Source: Thermodesulfobacteriota bacterium (GTDB lineage: Bacteria; Desulfobacterota; Binatia; Bin18). Taken from it: a DNA stretch of 64,000 nt. The stretch covers positions 1,120,001 through 1,184,000 of the forward strand of contig OZ219926.1 in the NCBI GenBank assembly GCA_964291405.2, written 5' to 3'. The position numbers and the translations under genes were made by a program. This document shows positions 61,576 to 64,000 of the stretch, piece by piece (position 1 is the stretch's first letter; every line of letters starts with the position of its first letter). The notes beneath the pieces are model-generated. The model ran no database searches, was not told where the DNA came from, and worked only from the letters and a program-made list of their open reading frames with translations.

Positions 61576-62769
61576 ATGCAAACTGCTACGGAGAACAGAC
61601 GCTGGTCAAAGGAATACCCCGAGCTGGGGACCGGGCCCGTGCCGGCGGAATCGTGCATTTCCCCGGAGTATTTTGAGCTTGAACGCGAACGGGTCTTTCG
61701 CCGTACCTGGCTCAACGTCGGCCGCGTCGATGATATTCCCAACGCGGGCGACTTTTTCGTGCGCGAGCTGGCGGTGTGTAAAACCTCGATTCTGGTCATC
61801 CGAGGCAAGGACGGCGTCATCCGCGGCTTTCACAATGTCTGTTCGCACCGCTCCAACAAGCTGGTCTGGGAAGAGCGCGGCACCTGTCGTGGAGCCTTAG
61901 CCTGCCATTTTCATAGCTGGGGGTATAACGCCCAGGGGCAACTCACCGGCGTCCCGGATGAAGAGAACTTCCACGATCTTGATAAGAGCAAGCTGGGACT
62001 CACCCCGGTGACCACCGATGTGTGGGAAGGGTTTATCTTTGTGCATCTGGGTCCGCAGCCCCAAGAGACGCTCACCGACTACCTGGGTGGAGTAGCCGAA
62101 CAGTTCAAAGGTGCCGCCTTTCATAAGCGCCGCCTCACCCATACCTATAAAGTCGAAGAGCAGGCCAACTGGAAGGTCGCCCTGGACGCCCAGAACGAAG
62201 CCTATCACCTCCCCTTCCAGCATCGCTATTCCTTTCCCGGGATGTTCGTCCTCAAAGACAACCGCTATCTGCGTCTCTCGGGTGTGAAGCTGTATAATCA
62301 TCACGCGGTCTGGTCGACCACCTATAATTCAGAAAGTACGCCGACGCCGACCGGAGCACTCATGAACCAGCTCAATACGGCGACAACCAACAGCCGCCTG
62401 CCCATGCTGGGGGATTTTGACTTTTTTGTGATCTTTCCCAATTTTGTCATTCTCCAGTTCCGGGGCATCGAAGACGACTATTACATGACGTATAATTTCT
62501 GGCCGCTGGCGGTTGATCGCTGCATCTGGGAGATCAAATTTCATTTTCCGCCCGCCGAAACCGCCGGCCAGCGACTCAGCCAGGAATACCTCAAACACCG
62601 CATCTGTGATGTGCTCCAGGAGGACGCCGTGGCGCATGAGACCCTGCAAACCGGTCTGAGCTCGCGGGCAAAAACGCATCTCATCCTCCAGGACGATGAG
62701 ATTCAGATTCGGCATTTTCACAAAGTGTTGGAAGACTATATGGGGTTCTTCAACGGATGGGGGCACTGA
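61576..62769 (+). CDS. Rieske non-haem iron oxygenase alpha subunit
   Basis: CSHR...CHFH Rieske motif; NWK....NEAYHLPFQH and QED mononuclear iron ligands. Confidence 0.92.
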   Translation: MQTATENRRWSKEYPELGTGPVPAESCISPEYFELERERVFRRTWLNVGRVDDIPNAGDFFVRELAVCKTSILVIRGKDGVIRGFHNVCSHRSNKLVWEERGTCRGALACHFHSWGYNAQGQLTGVPDEENFHDLDKSKLGLTPVTTDVWEGFIFVHLGPQPQETLTDYLGGVAEQFKGAAFHKRRLTHTYKVEEQANWKVALDAQNEAYHLPFQHRYSFPGMFVLKDNRYLRLSGVKLYNHHAVWSTTYNSESTPTPTGALMNQLNTATTNSRLPMLGDFDFFVIFPNFVILQFRGIEDDYYMTYNFWPLAVDRCIWEIKFHFPPAETAGQRLSQEYLKHRICDVLQEDAVAHETLQTGLSSRAKTHLILQDDEIQIRHFHKVLEDYMGFFNGWGH

Positions 62770-63092
62770 TGGCCGAAGTGCCCCTGCCGGAGCCGTTTCA
62801 GAGCCTTGAACCATTCAGCGCCTGGGCTCTGGCCACAGAGCGCGAGCGACGCGCCAAACGTCTGTCCAGCAGTATGGAGGATATTCAGGCGTTCTACGAC
62901 GCGCTTTTTCCTCAACTGGAAGCTGTGGTTGCCTATCTCGACCAATTTCCGCTTGACCAACTCCCCGCAGAGGCGCAGCCGCTCTACTATCTGACGCTTT
63001 CGCTGGTGGAAGTCACCAGCGCCGTAGAACTGTATCACAATCCCCATATCTTTGAGGCCATTGAGCCCACCCGCTTCCGGCGAGTGGAATAA
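62769..63092 (+). CDS. Small hypothetical protein coupled to the Rieske oxygenase
   Basis: TGATG overlap; LEPF..WAL.TE.ER.AKRL.SSME.IQAFYDA..P.LE...AYLD.F; helical. Confidence 0.75.
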   Translation: MAEVPLPEPFQSLEPFSAWALATERERRAKRLSSSMEDIQAFYDALFPQLEAVVAYLDQFPLDQLPAEAQPLYYLTLSLVEVTSAVELYHNPHIFEAIEPTRFRRVE

Positions 63093-63103
63093 CACTCCCA
63101 CGG

Positions 63104-63133
63104 ACGGTTTTCATTAGAACGGTTTTCATCAGA
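63104..63133 (+). repeat. 15-bp tandem direct repeat (one mismatch)
   Basis: ACGGTTTTCATTAGA ACGGTTTTCATCAGA immediately upstream of the SDR RBS. Confidence 0.7.
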
Positions 63134-63147
63134 AAGGAGCAGCGGCC

Positions 63148-63921
63148 ATGGCTGGGCGATTAGACACAAGAGTAGCACTGGTGACCGGTGGTGGCTCAGG
63201 CATTGGACGCGCCTCGGCGGTGGTTTTTGCCAGAGAGGGCGCCAAGGTCGTTGTTACCGACGTGGATGAGGATGGCGGACAGGAGACGATCCGCATAATC
63301 GAATCGGCCGGTGGAACGGCGCGGTTCGTCCGCGCGGATGTCTCCCAGGCGGCGGAGGTGGCCGCCCTGGTCGAGCAGGCCGTGAGCACCTATGGCCGTT
63401 TGGACTGCGCCCTGAACAACGCCGGTATCCAGGGAGACATCAAGCAGACCGCCGAGTGCAGCCAGGAGAACTGGGACCGGATCATTGCAACGAACCTGAC
63501 CGGCGTGTGGCTCTGCATGAAACACGAAATCCCGCACATGTTGAACCAGGGCGGGGGCGCGATCGTCAACACCGCCTCCAACTTTGGACTGGTGGGATCG
63601 AACGGGATGCCGGCCTATTCGGCCAGCAAGCACGGCGTCCTCGGCCTGACGAAAACCGCGGCCCTGGAGTACGCCAAATCCGGCATTCGGGTCAACGCCG
63701 TCTGTCCGGGACCAGTCCAAACGCCGCTGGTCGATAAGGTCCTGGCCGCCCAGCCCGAGCTGGGCGACCAGATCATCAAGGCCATCGAGGCCAGAGAGCC
63801 GGTGGGGCGCATGGGGCAGCCGGAGGAGATTGCCGAGGCGGTAGTCTGGTTGTGTTCCGATGCCGCCTCTTTTGTGACCGGAACGGCCATGTCCGTAGAT
63901 GGCGGCTTTGTCACGCAGTAG
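63148..63921 (+). CDS. Short-chain dehydrogenase/reductase
   Basis: TGGGSGIG, NNAG, YSASKHG, RVNAVCPG, VDGG. Confidence 0.94.
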   Translation: MAGRLDTRVALVTGGGSGIGRASAVVFAREGAKVVVTDVDEDGGQETIRIIESAGGTARFVRADVSQAAEVAALVEQAVSTYGRLDCALNNAGIQGDIKQTAECSQENWDRIIATNLTGVWLCMKHEIPHMLNQGGGAIVNTASNFGLVGSNGMPAYSASKHGVLGLTKTAALEYAKSGIRVNAVCPGPVQTPLVDKVLAAQPELGDQIIKAIEAREPVGRMGQPEEIAEAVVWLCSDAASFVTGTAMSVDGGFVTQ

Positions 63922-63945
63922 CAGCGCGAATCAGGGGAGGGAGCC

Positions 63946-64000
63946 ATGTCCAGCCAGGCGACGAGTCACTATGCCACCATCAACGGCCTCAGGATGCATT
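63946..64000 (+). CDS. Start of a probable alpha/beta hydrolase (runs off window end)
   Basis: GGAGGGAG RBS then MSSQATSHYATINGLRMH, like the first strands of epoxide-hydrolase-type enzymes; only 18 codons visible. Confidence 0.45.
   Translation, partial: MSSQATSHYATINGLRMH

Overview
A GC-rich bacterial chromosomal window with no rRNA, tRNA, CRISPR array or intact transposase/integrase that I can see. The gene content (many LLM oxidoreductases, Rid proteins, amidases, hydantoinase/oxoprolinases, TA modules, REP-like palindromes, gene relics) resembles a host-associated Deltaproteobacteria/Binatia-like lineage; that is inference only. Left to right: partial cysE; LOG-cupin-GNAT operon; MazEF-like TA; LuxR-type regulator divergent from a secreted-protein cluster (small secreted protein, two ~1370-aa paralogues with carboxypeptidase-regulatory-like repeats, and a beta-propeller/di-haem cytochrome c, the last three ending in DLE[P/R]LE); a divergent urease-like cluster (ureF-ureAB-ureC-ureD, altered flap, no ureE/ureG); a patchwork of TA modules, amide/heterocycle catabolic genes and pseudogenes; a six-gene-plus-Rid hydantoinase/oxoprolinase block; a type I restriction-modification locus carrying SIR2, TIR, a small membrane protein and a Phd-VapC pair between hsdS and hsdR; an orphan CoxL-like molybdoprotein; Rieske oxygenase and SDR genes. 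Best candidates for undescribed biology: the SIR2-TIR-membrane cassette inside the type I RM locus, the secreted giant-protein/di-haem cytochrome cluster, and the non-canonical urease. All family calls come from motif recognition by eye, not database searches.
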